This document shows, one piece after another, positions 39,877-50,899 of a stretch of 64,000 bases of DNA. The stretch comes from Vicinamibacteria bacterium (lineage in GTDB: Bacteria; Acidobacteriota; Vicinamibacteria; Marinacidobacterales; Marinacidobacteraceae): positions 2,336,001 through 2,400,000 of the forward strand of contig CAXXLQ010000004.1 of the NCBI GenBank assembly GCA_963668695.2. Reading direction: 5' to 3'. The notes beneath the pieces were generated by a model. It saw only the letters and a list, made by a program, of their open reading frames with translations. It did not search any database and was not told the origin of the DNA. Made by a program: the position numbers and the translations under genes. The stretch's first letter is position 1. Every line of letters begins with the position of its first letter.

Positions 39877-40887
39877 GTGAGTCGAACGGCGTTCCTTTTC
39901 CCCGGCCAGGGCTCACAGCGGCCGGGGATGGGCCGGGCGCTCGCGGACGCATTTCCGGAGTCGCGAGCGGTATTTGAAGAGGCGGACGACGTCCTCGGCG
40001 AATGCATCTCCCGTCTCTGTTTCGAAGGACCTGCCGAAGCACTCCAACTGACTCGCAACACCCAGCCGGCAATGCTCACGGTGAGCACCGCCGCCTGGCG
40101 CGTCGCCGAAGCCCGCGGAGCGAGCCCGGACATGGCCGCGGGCCACAGTCTCGGGGAGTACTCGGCGCTGGTTGCGTTGTCGGCATTGTCCTTTGCCGAC
40201 GCTCTCCGGCTCGTGCGGCGGCGCGCCGAGTTCATGCAGGAGGCGGTGCCTGCCGGGGAGGGGGCGATGTCGGCAGTTCTGGGTCTCCCCGCGGAGACGG
40301 TGGTCGCGGTCGCATCCGAGGTGACCGAAAGCGGCTTGGGGCTGGTGGAACCGGCGAACTTCAACGGTGGTGGCCAGGTCGTCATCGGCGGCCACGCGGC
40401 GGCGGTGGCCGCGGCCGGGAAGGAGTTGAAGGCCCGGGGGGCCCGGCGCGTGCTTCCCCTTCCGGTGAGCGCCCCTTTCCATACCCGTCTGATGGAGCCG
40501 GCGGCCAGGCAGCTCTCGCGGGAACTCGACGCCACCCCCTTTGCCGATCCGTCGGCGCCGCTGTGGACGAATGTGGACGCGGCGCCCATCCGCACCGGCT
40601 CCGAGGCCCGCGAGGCGCTGCGGCGCCAGGTGGCGTCGCCGGTGCGTTGGGAGGAGACGCTCCATGGGATGGCGGCTGCGGGTGCTTCCGCATTCTTCGA
40701 AATCGGTCAGGGCCGGGTGTTGACCGGCCTGGTCCAACGGGTGCTGCCCGGCGCCTCGGCGTTCGGAGTCTCCGATCCGGAGGGTATCGAGCGGGTCGAG
40801 GGGATGCAGTGGGGCCGCCGTGCCACCCCGGTCGGATCGCCTGCCGCAGGAGGGCCAGCCCGCGGGCGGGTCGCAAGCCCCGCATGA
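39877..40887 (+). CDS. fabD: Malonyl-CoA:ACP transacylase
   Basis: FPGQGSQ, AGHSLGEY, VSAPFHT. Confidence 0.96.
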   Translation: MSRTAFLFPGQGSQRPGMGRALADAFPESRAVFEEADDVLGECISRLCFEGPAEALQLTRNTQPAMLTVSTAAWRVAEARGASPDMAAGHSLGEYSALVALSALSFADALRLVRRRAEFMQEAVPAGEGAMSAVLGLPAETVVAVASEVTESGLGLVEPANFNGGGQVVIGGHAAAVAAAGKELKARGARRVLPLPVSAPFHTRLMEPAARQLSRELDATPFADPSAPLWTNVDAAPIRTGSEAREALRRQVASPVRWEETLHGMAAAGASAFFEIGQGRVLTGLVQRVLPGASAFGVSDPEGIERVEGMQWGRRATPVGSPAAGGPARGRVASPA

Positions 40888-41654
40888 TGGTCTCGGCGGC
40901 CCGGGACCCCGGTGAGATTCGCTTCGAGGGGCAGACTGCGCTCGTAACCGGGGGCACCCGCGGGATCGGTCACGCGATCGCCGCGCGGCTCGCCGACGAA
41001 GGAGCCACGGTTTTCCTGACGGGGACCGACGAAAAGCGGGCCGAGGGAGTGGCCGACGAGCTCGACGCCGGCCGCGGCCGGGTACGGGGGCTGGGGCTCG
41101 ATCTGACCGATCCCGAATTGGTCAAACGATGTGTGGCCGCGGCCAGTGCTGACCGGGGACTCCAGATTCTGGTGAACAACGCGGGCGTGTCGCGCGATGG
41201 TCTGCTGGCTCGTCAGTCGGCGGCCACCTGGCGGGAAGTGATGGCCACCAACCTGGATGGTCTGCACGCTTGCTGCCAGGCCGCCGTCCGGCCTATGATG
41301 CGCGCTCGCTACGGTCGGATCGTCAACCTCAGTTCCATCGTGGGGCTTCGTGGCAATCCGGGCCAGACCGCCTACGCGACCTCCAAGGCGGGCATTCTCG
41401 GGTTCACAAAATCGCTGGCCAAGGAATTGGCTCGGCGGAACATCACCGTGAACGCGGTGGCGCCGGGACTTATCGAAACCGACATGACCCGGGAGATGCC
41501 CGAGGCGGCTCGGGCCCAGCTCGGGAGCGCCATCGCAATGGGGCGCCCCGGATCGCCGGAAGAGGTTGCGGCGGCGGTCGCCTTCCTCGCCTCTGCCGAG
41601 GCGAGCTACATCACTGGCGCGGTCCTCGAAGTAACCGGAGGGCTCGCGCTTTAA
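40884..41654 (+). CDS. fabG: 3-oxoacyl-ACP reductase
   Basis: [34 protein letters not shown]. Confidence 0.95.
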   Translation: MMVSAARDPGEIRFEGQTALVTGGTRGIGHAIAARLADEGATVFLTGTDEKRAEGVADELDAGRGRVRGLGLDLTDPELVKRCVAAASADRGLQILVNNAGVSRDGLLARQSAATWREVMATNLDGLHACCQAAVRPMMRARYGRIVNLSSIVGLRGNPGQTAYATSKAGILGFTKSLAKELARRNITVNAVAPGLIETDMTREMPEAARAQLGSAIAMGRPGSPEEVAAAVAFLASAEASYITGAVLEVTGGLAL

Positions 41655-41712
41655 TCCGACGTCTCCTGGTAAACCGGGAGGCACGGGACAGTACCAACAG
41701 GAGAAACGACAA

Positions 41713-41994
41713 ATGAAGGAAAAGGCCAAGGAACCAGAGGGTGCTCCGGAAGTCGAGGAACTCCCGGTGGACGAGCGCGTCCGGGAGCTCATCTGCGAGC
41801 AGCTTTCCGTGTCCCCCGACGAGGTCTCGCCGGAGGCCACTTTCGTGGGCGATCTGAGCGCCGATTCACTGGACATGGTCGAGTTGATGATGGCGCTGGA
41901 GGAGCAGTTCGAGATTGATATCTCGGAGGATCAGGCAGAACGGATCCAGACGGTCGGCGATGCAGTGGCGTTCATCGAGCAGCGGATCAACTGA
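41713..41994 (+). CDS. acpP: Acyl carrier protein
   Basis: [20 protein letters not shown]. Confidence 0.96.
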   Translation: MKEKAKEPEGAPEVEELPVDERVRELICEQLSVSPDEVSPEATFVGDLSADSLDMVELMMALEEQFEIDISEDQAERIQTVGDAVAFIEQRIN

Positions 41995-42117
41995 GCTGCG
42001 CCGAGCAGCTGATGGACAAAGTCACACGGCCCGCCTCGCCTTCCGAGCGACGCGCGAGTTCGCCCGAGCTACGCGCGAGTTCGCGCTGACTGGCTCGCGA
42101 CCGGCGCTCGAGTGCAT

Positions 42118-43365
42118 ATGACTCCGCGGCGGGTTGTCGTTACCGGGGTGGGACTCGTGTCTCCCCTGGGCATCGGGACCCGAGAGACCTGGGAAGGCCT
42201 GGTCGCGGGCCGCTCGGGCGCGGGCCCCATCACTCGATTCGATGCCGCGGATTTCACGTCGCGGATTGCCTGCGAGATCGAGGGTTTCGATCCGCTCGAC
42301 TATGCGGACCGGCGGGACGCGCGAAAGATGGATACCTTCATCCACTACGCGCTGGCGGCGTCCCTGTTTGCGGTCGAGGACGCGGGCCTGGGGATTCCGG
42401 TCGGGGATCCCGATCGCACGGGAGTGATCATTTCCTCCGGAATCGGCGGCTTCGAGACGATCGAGAGGGAACACCGGAAACTGCTCGAGCACGGGCCGCG
42501 CCGCATATCTCCCTTCTTCGTCCCTGCGATGGTGGTCAACCTGGCCGCTGGCTGGGTGTCTATCCGGCTGGGTGCGAAGGGCCCCAACTCGGCGATGGCC
42601 ACTGCGTGTTCCGCCGGGGCGCACTCGGTGGGAGAAGCTTTCCGCCTGGTGCGCTATGGCCACGCCGATGTCATGGTCGCCGGTGGAGCGGAAGCGACGA
42701 TCACCCCGATGTGCATCGGTGGTTTTGCCGCGATGAAGGCGCTTTCCACCCGGAACGACGATCCCCAGCACGCGTCCCGTCCCTTTGATCGGGACCGGGA
42801 CGGCTTCGTGGTGGGGGAGGGAGCCGGCATCCTCATCATTGAGGAACGGGAGCGGGCGCTCGCGCGGGGCGCCACGCCCTACGCGGAAGTCGTGGGTTAC
42901 GGCATGAGCGGGGACGCTTTCCACATCACCGCTCCGCCCGCGGATGGCAACGGAGCGGTGCGGGTGATGCGGGCGGCGCTCGGCGAGGCCGAGGCGTCGC
43001 CGGAAGAGGTGGACGCGGTGAACGCCCACGGTACCTCGACGCCCCTCAATGACCGGATCGAGACGGCCGCCATCCGGCAGGTCTTCGGCGCACACGCCGA
43101 CCGGTTGGCGGTCAGTTCCACCAAGTCCATGACCGGGCACCTGCTGGGCGGAGCGGGGGGGCTCGAAGCCGGGATTTCCTGTCTGACCCTGCGTCACCAG
43201 ATTCTGCCCCCTACCATCAACTACGAAACTCCGGATCCCGCCTGCGATCTCGATATCGTTCCGAACACGGCCCGGCCCGCGACGGTGAGCAGCGTTCTTT
43301 CCAACTCGTTCGGGTTTGGCGGCACGAACGTTTCCCTGCTGTTCCGGCACCCGGACGCATCCTGA
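42118..43365 (+). CDS. fabF: 3-oxoacyl-ACP synthase II
   Basis: RRVVVTG, TACSAG, NAHGTST, TKSMTGHLLG, NSFGFGG. Confidence 0.97.
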   Translation: MTPRRVVVTGVGLVSPLGIGTRETWEGLVAGRSGAGPITRFDAADFTSRIACEIEGFDPLDYADRRDARKMDTFIHYALAASLFAVEDAGLGIPVGDPDRTGVIISSGIGGFETIEREHRKLLEHGPRRISPFFVPAMVVNLAAGWVSIRLGAKGPNSAMATACSAGAHSVGEAFRLVRYGHADVMVAGGAEATITPMCIGGFAAMKALSTRNDDPQHASRPFDRDRDGFVVGEGAGILIIEERERALARGATPYAEVVGYGMSGDAFHITAPPADGNGAVRVMRAALGEAEASPEEVDAVNAHGTSTPLNDRIETAAIRQVFGAHADRLAVSSTKSMTGHLLGGAGGLEAGISCLTLRHQILPPTINYETPDPACDLDIVPNTARPATVSSVLSNSFGFGGTNVSLLFRHPDAS

Positions 43366-43372
43366 AGTGGCT

Positions 43373-44386
43373 ATGGACGATCTCTTCCGATATCTGCGCG
43401 AGATCGTGGACATCCCGTCGGTGACCGGCGATGAAAAAGCGGTTGCCGAGCGTGTCGGTGCGGATCTCGAGGCGGCAGGACTCGACGTCGAGTTCGACGA
43501 GGTCGTCCCGGGCCGACCGAACCTGATCGCGCGCGCCGGGTCCGGCCAGCCGCGCCTCTGGTACTGCACCCATCTGGACACGGTGCCGCCCTACTTCCCG
43601 TCCAGCGAGAGCGCGACTCACATCGGGGGGAGAGGGTCTTGCGACGCCAAGGGCATCCTCGCGGCGATGCTGTTCGCGGCCCGCCGTCTCCGGGACGAGG
43701 GCGTTTCGGGCTTTGGTCTGGCATTCACCGTCGGCGAGGAGGTGGACAGCGCCGGCGCCATCCACCTCGAGAAGCGGGGCCCCGGGCATCCGATCGAAGG
43801 GGTCCATCTGGTCTGTGGGGAACCCACCGAGGGACTGATGGCGAGCGGTCACAAGGGAACCCTGCGGGTCCGGATCCGGGCTCGGGGGACGGCGGCTCAC
43901 TCGGCTTACCCGGAGGCCGGAGATTCCGCGATCCATCGTCTGCTTGAGACGATTGCCCATCTCCAGTCGCTCGACTGGGGCAAGAGCGGGATCCTCGGTT
44001 CCGCGACCCTGAATGTGGGGCTCATCTCCGGCGGGGTGGCGGGGAACGTTTTCGCCCCATCCGCCGAGGCGACCCTCTACTGGCGTCTCGTCGGCGAGGC
44101 CGAACCGGCGCGGCGCCGGCTGGAAGCGATCCTTGCTGCCGACGAGAACCTCAGTTTCGAACACGTCGGCCAGAACGACGCGGTCCTCTGCCGGACGCTG
44201 CCCGGTTTCGAGGTGGCCCCGATGTCCTACTCGACCGACATCCCGTTCATGCCTTCCTGGGGAACCCCGCTCCTCATCGGTCCCGGCAGCATCCACGACG
44301 CGCACACGGCTCACGAACACGTCCTGAAGAGTGACCTGGTGGCCGCCGTCGGCTACTACCAGAAGATCGCCCACGCTCTCCTCTAG
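43373..44386 (+). CDS. M20 family metallopeptidase (ArgE/DapE-like)
   Basis: THLDTVP, GRGSCDAKG, VGEE, GEPT, GPGSIHDAHT. Confidence 0.9.
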   Translation: MDDLFRYLREIVDIPSVTGDEKAVAERVGADLEAAGLDVEFDEVVPGRPNLIARAGSGQPRLWYCTHLDTVPPYFPSSESATHIGGRGSCDAKGILAAMLFAARRLRDEGVSGFGLAFTVGEEVDSAGAIHLEKRGPGHPIEGVHLVCGEPTEGLMASGHKGTLRVRIRARGTAAHSAYPEAGDSAIHRLLETIAHLQSLDWGKSGILGSATLNVGLISGGVAGNVFAPSAEATLYWRLVGEAEPARRRLEAILAADENLSFEHVGQNDAVLCRTLPGFEVAPMSYSTDIPFMPSWGTPLLIGPGSIHDAHTAHEHVLKSDLVAAVGYYQKIAHALL

Positions 44387-44566
44387 CAACCTGTGGTGGA
44401 ACCCGGGTGAGCGCCGAGGCCGGCGAGGCGCCCGGCTGACAAGGCGCGTGAGGGAGGAATACCGAGTGTATTTCGACCGAAACGCAACGATGAGCGGCGC
44501 GAAGCGACGCGGTTCAGCCGGGATGGATCGCCGGCCGAACGCCGCCTGGGTTTCACCACAGGCTGC
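44386..44566. mobile_element. MITE A, 181-bp copy with no 18-bp insert
   Basis: TA-GCAACCTGTGGTGGAACCC ... GGGTTTCACCACAGGCTGC-TA; begins in the M20 TAG. Confidence 0.92.
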
Positions 44567-45028
44567 TAGGGGAGGGAGCGCCAGGAGCGCCGGCCAGTTC
44601 TCCCGGTGGGGGCCTTCAGACCGGCATCGCCCCGCGGAGCGGGGCGAAACTCCCATCCTTACTCACCCGTATCGCCCGGACCCACCCCGGGGACGGCCCC
44701 ATCCCCCTCCACGCAGCGAAGCCTCGCCGCCCATCCTTACGGTTAGCGACAGCGGAAGCGCGTATTCCCAACCGTCCTTATCTCGCCGGGCAGGCCGCCG
44801 CCCTCCCGCCGCCCCATCAAAGGAATCAGCGCTACGCGCTTTCGCCCCGCTCCGCGGGGCGGGGCCGGCCCCCACCGGGAGAACTGGCCAGAGGTCGGCG
44901 TTCCTGGCCGTCTCCGCGGTTCTTCTCGGGGGCGACGGGAGTTTCGCGGCCTGCGGCCGCGATGCCGGTGTGAACACCGGCGCTCCTAGCGCGTACCGTT
45001 AGTCGCCCACCCCACCCGCGCGGCCCGC

Positions 45029-46174
45029 ATGTCCGACATTCCCTCAGCCTCCCCGTTCCGCCTCCTTCGCCGCACCCTCCTCGCGTGGTTCCGGAAGAAC
45101 AAGCGCTCGCTTCCCTTCCGCGAATCACCCGACGCCTGGCGCGTCTGGGTCTCGGAGGTGATGCTCCAGCAAACCCGGGTGGAGGCGATGCTGCCTCGCT
45201 ACCGGGCCTTTGTCGCGCGGTTCCCGGAGTTCGGGTCGCTGGCTCGAGCCTCCGAGGACGAGGTGCTGGCCGCCTGGGCGGGCCTCGGTTACTACGGCCG
45301 CGCCCGCGCGTTGCACCGCGCAGCGCAGCAACTGGCTGCGGAAGGCCGGGAAATCCCGCGGAATGCGGAGTCGCTCAGGGAACTCCCGGGGATCGGCGAC
45401 TACACGGCGGCGGCGATCGCGTCGATCGCCTTCCGCGAACCGGTCGCCGCGGTGGACGGAAACGTGCGCCGCGTGCTGTCGAGGGTCTTCGCGGTAGGAG
45501 GAGTCCCGGGACGGGTGGGCTTCGAGAGACGGATCCGGGAACTGGCCGACCGCCTCATGGAGGCGGACGGTGCGCACGAGCCGGGTGACTGGAACCAGGC
45601 TCTGATGGAGCTCGGAGCGACGGTATGCACCCCCGCTATCCCCCGCTGCGGGAGCTGCCCGGTCCGTGAGTTCTGCTGGGCTCGGGTAGGAGGGCGGCAG
45701 GAAGAATTCCCCGAGCGTCCGCGGCGTCCGCCATCGGTTTCCGTACGGCTCGCCGTGGCCGTCGTCCGGGACTGCGACGGACGGATTCTGTTGTTCCGCC
45801 GCCGGGAAAGCCCCCTGCGGGGTCTCTACGAACTGCCCTGCGGGGAGTGCCGGAGCGGCGAGCCGCCCGCGGAGGCGCTGGTTCGCGAAACGCGGGTGCG
45901 CTACGGGATCCGGCTTCGACCCGGGCGCGAGTTGGCCGGGTTCCGTCACACCGTCATGAACCGGAGGATGGCGGTCGTTCCCTTCGAGGCGGAACTCCAG
46001 GAGCCGTCAGCCGCCGGCGTCCCGAAAGGCGCTCGTTTCGTTCACCCGCGGGATCTGGATCTGGTCCCGTCGGGCTCGATGCTGCAGAAGGCTCTCGCCG
46101 GAGTCGGCGCCGGGATCCCGGGGGCCAAGTTGCCATCCCCGGCGGCCGGCGAACCCGCCGAACCGCTCGACTAG
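45029..46174 (+). CDS. mutY: A/G-specific adenine glycosylase
   Basis: WVSEVMLQQT, GLGYY, LPGIGDYTA, VDGNV, CxxxxxxCxxCxxxxxC, C-terminal NUDIX-like domain. Confidence 0.95.
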   Translation: MSDIPSASPFRLLRRTLLAWFRKNKRSLPFRESPDAWRVWVSEVMLQQTRVEAMLPRYRAFVARFPEFGSLARASEDEVLAAWAGLGYYGRARALHRAAQQLAAEGREIPRNAESLRELPGIGDYTAAAIASIAFREPVAAVDGNVRRVLSRVFAVGGVPGRVGFERRIRELADRLMEADGAHEPGDWNQALMELGATVCTPAIPRCGSCPVREFCWARVGGRQEEFPERPRRPPSVSVRLAVAVVRDCDGRILLFRRRESPLRGLYELPCGECRSGEPPAEALVRETRVRYGIRLRPGRELAGFRHTVMNRRMAVVPFEAELQEPSAAGVPKGARFVHPRDLDLVPSGSMLQKALAGVGAGIPGAKLPSPAAGEPAEPLD

Positions 46175-46195
46175 ACTGCGCGCCGCCGACTATCC

Positions 46196-48679
46196 ATGAG
46201 CACTTTCCACGAACGCGTCGAATCGAAATGGCAGGCCCGCTGGGAACGCGAGGGCGCCTTCCGGACTCCCGACCTGCCCGAGGGGCCCCACTACTACTGC
46301 CTCGAGATGCTGCCCTATCCCTCCGGGCGCATCCACATGGGCCATGTGCGGAACTACTCCATCGGGGACGTGATGGCCCGGTTCTACCGCCGCCGCGGCT
46401 TCACCGTCATGCATCCCATCGGCTGGGATGCGCTCGGGTTGCCGGCGGAGAACGCCGCGCTTCAGCGTGGCGCCCATCCCGCCGATTGGACCACGCACAA
46501 CATCGACCACATGCGGCGGCAGCTCCGCCGACTCGGGTTCAGCTACGACTGGGACCGGGAGTTCGCCACTTGCGATCCCTCCTACTACCGGTGGAACCAG
46601 TGGTTCTTCCTGAAGATGTGGGAACGGGGGCTCGCCTACCGGAAAAACGGCACCGTCAACTGGTGCCCCGGCTGCGAGACCGTGCTCGCCAACGAGCAGG
46701 TCGAGGCCGGACGCTGCTGGCGATGCGAGGCTGTCGTCGAGGATCGGGAATTGCCGCAGTGGTTCCTGCGGATCACCGACTACGCCGACGAACTGCTCGA
46801 CGAGATGGAGCGGATGCCCGCCTGGCCCCACAAGGTGCTGGTGCTCCAGCGAAACTGGATCGGACGTTCGGAAGGGGCCGAGGTTCGCTTCCGAATCCCG
46901 GCGCTGGGAGACCGGGGCGACGTTGCGGTGTTCACCACGCGGGTGGACACCATCTACGGCGCCACCGCTCTGGTGCTGGCGCCCGGACATCCCGCCTCCC
47001 AGGCGATCGCCGCCGAGAATCCGGCGGTGGCCGAATACCTACGGGACGCCCTGGCGCGTCATGCCGGGGAAACGCACCCAACCGGTGAGACCGAAAAGAC
47101 GGGGGTCATCACTGGCTTTCAGGCGGCCAACCCCTTTTCGGGAGAGGAGATTCCGGTCTTCGTCGCGGACTACGTGCTCATGGAGTACGGAACCGGAGCG
47201 GTGATGGCGGTTCCGGCCCACGACGAACGGGACTACGAGTTCGCGACGAAGTACGGACTGGAGATCCGGACGGTGGTCATCCCGAATGACCCCGATGTCG
47301 CAGCGGATCCCGAAAGCGCCTTCGTGGACTACGGGACCGTCGTGGATTCCGGCGCGTTCAGCGGTCTTCCGACCGAGGAGGCCAAGCGGGCGATGGCGGA
47401 ACACGCCCGCGAAGGCGGCTTCGGCGAGCCGAAGATCGCCTGGCGGTTCCGCGACTGGGGGATATCCCGGCAGCGCTACTGGGGCACTCCCATTCCCATG
47501 ATCCACTGCCCGGGTTGCGGCGAAGTTCCGGTGCCCGAGGAAGACCTCCCGGTGGAGCTGCCCCGCGATGTCGAGATCACGGGCATGGGAGGGTCGGCTC
47601 TTGCGAAAATCGATTCCTGGCGCCGGGTGGATTGTCCGCGTTGCGGCGCCGCGGCCCGCCGGGAGACCGACACCATGGACACCTTCGTGGACTCGTCCTG
47701 GTACTTCTATCGGTACCTCGATCCGGCCAACGATCGGGCGCCCTTCGACAAGGAGAAGGCGCGGGCCTGGTTCCCCATCGACCTCTACATCGGTGGGGTG
47801 GAGCACGCCATCCTCCACCTGATCTATTGCCGCTTCTGGACCAAGATGATGCGCGACCTCGGCCTGGTCACTACCGACGAGCCGGTGGTCCGCCAGTTGA
47901 GCCAGGGAATGGTCATCAAGGACGGTGCCAAGATGTCCAAGAGCAAGGGCAACATCGTCGATCCCGATGCCGTGGTCGAACGGCACGGCGCGGACGCGAT
48001 CCGGCTCTACGTTCTCTTCGAGTCTCCCCCGGAAAAGGAAATGGACTGGACCGACGCGCGGCTCTCCGGCCCGGCCCGCTACTTGAGGCGGCTGGAGCGG
48101 ATGATTCCCGGGGAGGCGGAATGGTTGGTCACCACTCCGCTGCCGGCGGGGAACGAGGACTTCGCCCCCGACGATGTGGCGCTGCGCCGGAAGACCCACC
48201 AGACGATCCGACGGGTCACCCGCGACCTTGCGGAACGCATCCATCCCAATACTGCGATCGCCGCAATCATGGAACTAACCACGGCCTTTTCGCACCGGCT
48301 GCCCGCTGCGGCGACCGAGGCGTCCCGCCGGGCGGTCCGGGAGGCCGTCGAGGCGGTGATTGCTTTGCTGAACCCGATGGCGCCTCATCTCACGGAGGAA
48401 CTCTGGGAGCGGCTCGGCGGCAAGACCATACTGGTGAAAACACCCTGGCCGGAATGCGACGAAGAGCTCGCCCGGGAGGAACAGGTACTTGTCGTTCTGC
48501 AGGTAAATGGGAAACTGCGTGGCCGCCTGGAAGTCCCCGCGGGGCTCGACCGCGAGGTGATTGTCGACCAGGCTCGGGAAAACGCGGGGATCCGCCGCCA
48601 TCTGGAAGGGCTCGAGGTCCGTCGGGTCGTTACGGTGCCCGACCGGCTCGTGAACTTCGTGGCCGCCCGTCCGTCGTGA
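46196..48679 (+). CDS. leuS: Leucine--tRNA ligase
   Basis: PYPSGRIHMGH, YGTGAVMAVPAHD, DTMDTF, KMSKS. Confidence 0.98.
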   Translation: MSTFHERVESKWQARWEREGAFRTPDLPEGPHYYCLEMLPYPSGRIHMGHVRNYSIGDVMARFYRRRGFTVMHPIGWDALGLPAENAALQRGAHPADWTTHNIDHMRRQLRRLGFSYDWDREFATCDPSYYRWNQWFFLKMWERGLAYRKNGTVNWCPGCETVLANEQVEAGRCWRCEAVVEDRELPQWFLRITDYADELLDEMERMPAWPHKVLVLQRNWIGRSEGAEVRFRIPALGDRGDVAVFTTRVDTIYGATALVLAPGHPASQAIAAENPAVAEYLRDALARHAGETHPTGETEKTGVITGFQAANPFSGEEIPVFVADYVLMEYGTGAVMAVPAHDERDYEFATKYGLEIRTVVIPNDPDVAADPESAFVDYGTVVDSGAFSGLPTEEAKRAMAEHAREGGFGEPKIAWRFRDWGISRQRYWGTPIPMIHCPGCGEVPVPEEDLPVELPRDVEITGMGGSALAKIDSWRRVDCPRCGAAARRETDTMDTFVDSSWYFYRYLDPANDRAPFDKEKARAWFPIDLYIGGVEHAILHLIYCRFWTKMMRDLGLVTTDEPVVRQLSQGMVIKDGAKMSKSKGNIVDPDAVVERHGADAIRLYVLFESPPEKEMDWTDARLSGPARYLRRLERMIPGEAEWLVTTPLPAGNEDFAPDDVALRRKTHQTIRRVTRDLAERIHPNTAIAAIMELTTAFSHRLPAAATEASRRAVREAVEAVIALLNPMAPHLTEELWERLGGKTILVKTPWPECDEELAREEQVLVVLQVNGKLRGRLEVPAGLDREVIVDQARENAGIRRHLEGLEVRRVVTVPDRLVNFVAARPS

Positions 48680-49242
48680 TTCATCCCGTCCCGTCCCCGA
48701 GGAGGGTTCGCACTCGGGCGGGTTGGGGCGAAGCGCTTCTTTTCGGTCTGTCTCTTTCGATACTTCTCGGTGGGTGCGGGTATCGGCTGGCCGGAATTGG
48801 TGGCGGACTGCCCGGCCACATTCAGATCGTGGCGATCCTGCCCTTCGATAACGAGAGCGCCTTTCCCGAAGTCGAGGAAGGCATGACCGACGAGATCATC
48901 GAAGGCTTCAATCGGCGAGGGCGCTACACCGTGCAGGAAACCGAGGAAGGGGCGGACGCGGTGATGCGGGGCACGGTGCTGAGCGTGGACTTCTCGCCCG
49001 CGCAGCTCGATCCGACAACCGGATCGGCCTCCACCTATCTGATCATCGTGCGCGCCACGGTGGAGTTCACGGACGTGGCCAACGACGTCGTGCTGTTCGA
49101 GTCGGACGAGTTCACCCTGCGCGACGAGTTCTCGATCGGGGACGATCCCGACGCCGCCTTCGACCGGGAGGGGCTGGCTTTCGCCCGGCTTGCCAGCGCC
49201 TTTGCGGACTCGCTGCTGGTCGCGATTCTCGAGGGGTTCTGA
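48676..49242 (+). CDS. lptE: LPS assembly lipoprotein LptE
   Basis: LLGGCGY lipobox; leuS-lptE-holA synteny. Confidence 0.85.
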   Translation: MIHPVPSPRRVRTRAGWGEALLFGLSLSILLGGCGYRLAGIGGGLPGHIQIVAILPFDNESAFPEVEEGMTDEIIEGFNRRGRYTVQETEEGADAVMRGTVLSVDFSPAQLDPTTGSASTYLIIVRATVEFTDVANDVVLFESDEFTLRDEFSIGDDPDAAFDREGLAFARLASAFADSLLVAILEGF

Positions 49243-50378
49243 TGGCGTTCGCCGAGGCAGGTTTCGCCAAGAGTTTCGCCGCCCTCCGGCCGATACCGGC
49301 GGAGGCGCTCGGGGACAAGCTGCCGGCGGCCGACGCCGGGGCCCTCTACGTGATCGGGGGAGGCGACAGCTGGCTGCGCCAACAGACGATGCGGAGGCTC
49401 GCCGGGCATCACCTCGGGCCGAAACCCGCCCCCTTCCGCCTGCGGCGCTTTGACGGGCGGACCGCCACTGCCGATCAGGTGGTCAGCACGACCCGGACGG
49501 TTTCGTTCAGCGGCGGTCCCGTGGTCCTCATCGAGAACGGTCTCCGCATCGCCCAGCCGCCGGCATCGGCCACCGGGCTTGCCGGAGTTCTGGTGGATCT
49601 CCTGCAGAGTCCCCCGGGGCGCGCGGTCATCGTCCTGGAATGGGAGCAGAACCCCGACCGGCGCCGGAAGGACTGGAAGGCGCTCGCGGGAGCGCTCACC
49701 GATGCCGTTGCCCGGGGCGTGGCGTACTCGGTGGATTGCGACGCCCCGCCCGCCGCCCGGATGACCACCTGGATCCGCCGAACCGCCCGCGAGCGCAGTC
49801 TGAACCTCCCCGAACAGGGTGCGGAGCTTCTCTTCGAGCGCTTTGGCCGCGAACTCCGCCAGCAGGTGAACGAGATCGAAAAGCTCGCGCTCTACGCGGG
49901 GAGCGATCAGGAAGGAGACGTCTCGCTCGAGGATATGGAGCAGGTACTCGGGGGCGGGAGCGTTCAGGATCGCTTCCGGTTCACCGACGCGCTGCAGGCG
50001 GGCCGCACGGAATCGGCGCTCGCCTCGCTCGAGCTGCTGCTTCGGGACGGTGAGTCGCCTCAGGCCCTGATGGCCCTGCTGTACCGGCTGGTCACCCAGA
50101 TCCAGCTCGCTCAGGCCCACCGCGGGGAGGAACCTCTCTACGAAGTTCTTCGCGTTCCCCGCCGGGTCGCCGACGACCTGGGGCGCGCTGCCCGCCGGTT
50201 TCAGCCAGCCGAACTCCGCGCCATCCTGAGACACTTGGCCGAAATGGACCTCAGGATGAAGACCACCCGGATCCCCGACCGCGCCGCCCTTTCCTCGCTG
50301 GCCTTGTTGCTGGGAGCGCAGGGGGAGCGCCACGAAAACCCGATGGCGCCCCGCCGCTCCACCGAGCCCCTGAAATGA
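49242..50378 (+). CDS. holA: DNA polymerase III delta subunit
   Basis: NEIEKLALY, FRFTDAL, LAEMDLRMK; synteny. Confidence 0.88.
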   Translation: MAFAEAGFAKSFAALRPIPAEALGDKLPAADAGALYVIGGGDSWLRQQTMRRLAGHHLGPKPAPFRLRRFDGRTATADQVVSTTRTVSFSGGPVVLIENGLRIAQPPASATGLAGVLVDLLQSPPGRAVIVLEWEQNPDRRRKDWKALAGALTDAVARGVAYSVDCDAPPAARMTTWIRRTARERSLNLPEQGAELLFERFGRELRQQVNEIEKLALYAGSDQEGDVSLEDMEQVLGGGSVQDRFRFTDALQAGRTESALASLELLLRDGESPQALMALLYRLVTQIQLAQAHRGEEPLYEVLRVPRRVADDLGRAARRFQPAELRAILRHLAEMDLRMKTTRIPDRAALSSLALLLGAQGERHENPMAPRRSTEPLK

Positions 50379-50857
50379 CCCCGCGTCCACCGCCCCGTCA
50401 GCGTGATCCCTCGCTCCTCCCGTTGTCTCGCCACCACCAGAGCGGACTGCAGATCGCCGTGCTCATCGATCAGGGGCTCAAGGGCGAGCCTACCGCCAAG
50501 AGGGTGACCGAACTCATCGGCAAGGTGGTCCACCTCGCCGAGTCCGAACTCTTCGAACACTTCCAGCTCGAGGAGACGATTCTCTTTCCGGCGGTGCGGC
50601 CGATCATCGATTCCGGGGAGCTGCTGGACACGCTCGCTGCCGGACACCGGACGATGGAAGGTCTCGTGCGGCGGCTCGAAGCGGCGGACTACCAGGAACG
50701 GCTTTCCCTCCTCAAGGAGTTCGGAGAACTTCTTCTCCGCCATATCCACACCGGGGAACGCGAACTCTTCCGCCAGGTTCAGGATCGGCTGGAGCAGGCC
50801 CAGCTCGACGAACTCGGCCGGAAAATCACGGCGAAGATCGAGGCAACCGATACCTGA
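50375..50857 (+). CDS. Hemerythrin/HHE domain protein (paralog 1)
   Basis: RDPSLLPLSRHH, HFQLEETILFP, HIHTGERELF. Confidence 0.85.
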   Translation: MTPRPPPRQRDPSLLPLSRHHQSGLQIAVLIDQGLKGEPTAKRVTELIGKVVHLAESELFEHFQLEETILFPAVRPIIDSGELLDTLAAGHRTMEGLVRRLEAADYQERLSLLKEFGELLLRHIHTGERELFRQVQDRLEQAQLDELGRKITAKIEATDT

Positions 50858-50899
50858 GCCGCCGTCCGCGGCACCCGGAGGGCGCGGGGAGCGTCGCTA

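Noticed and set aside
42004-42084. 21-bp tandem pair and a GCAGCTGATGGACAAAGTCAC segment between acpP and fabF
   Set aside because: Looks like a decayed MITE A2 end plus local slippage, too degenerate to call
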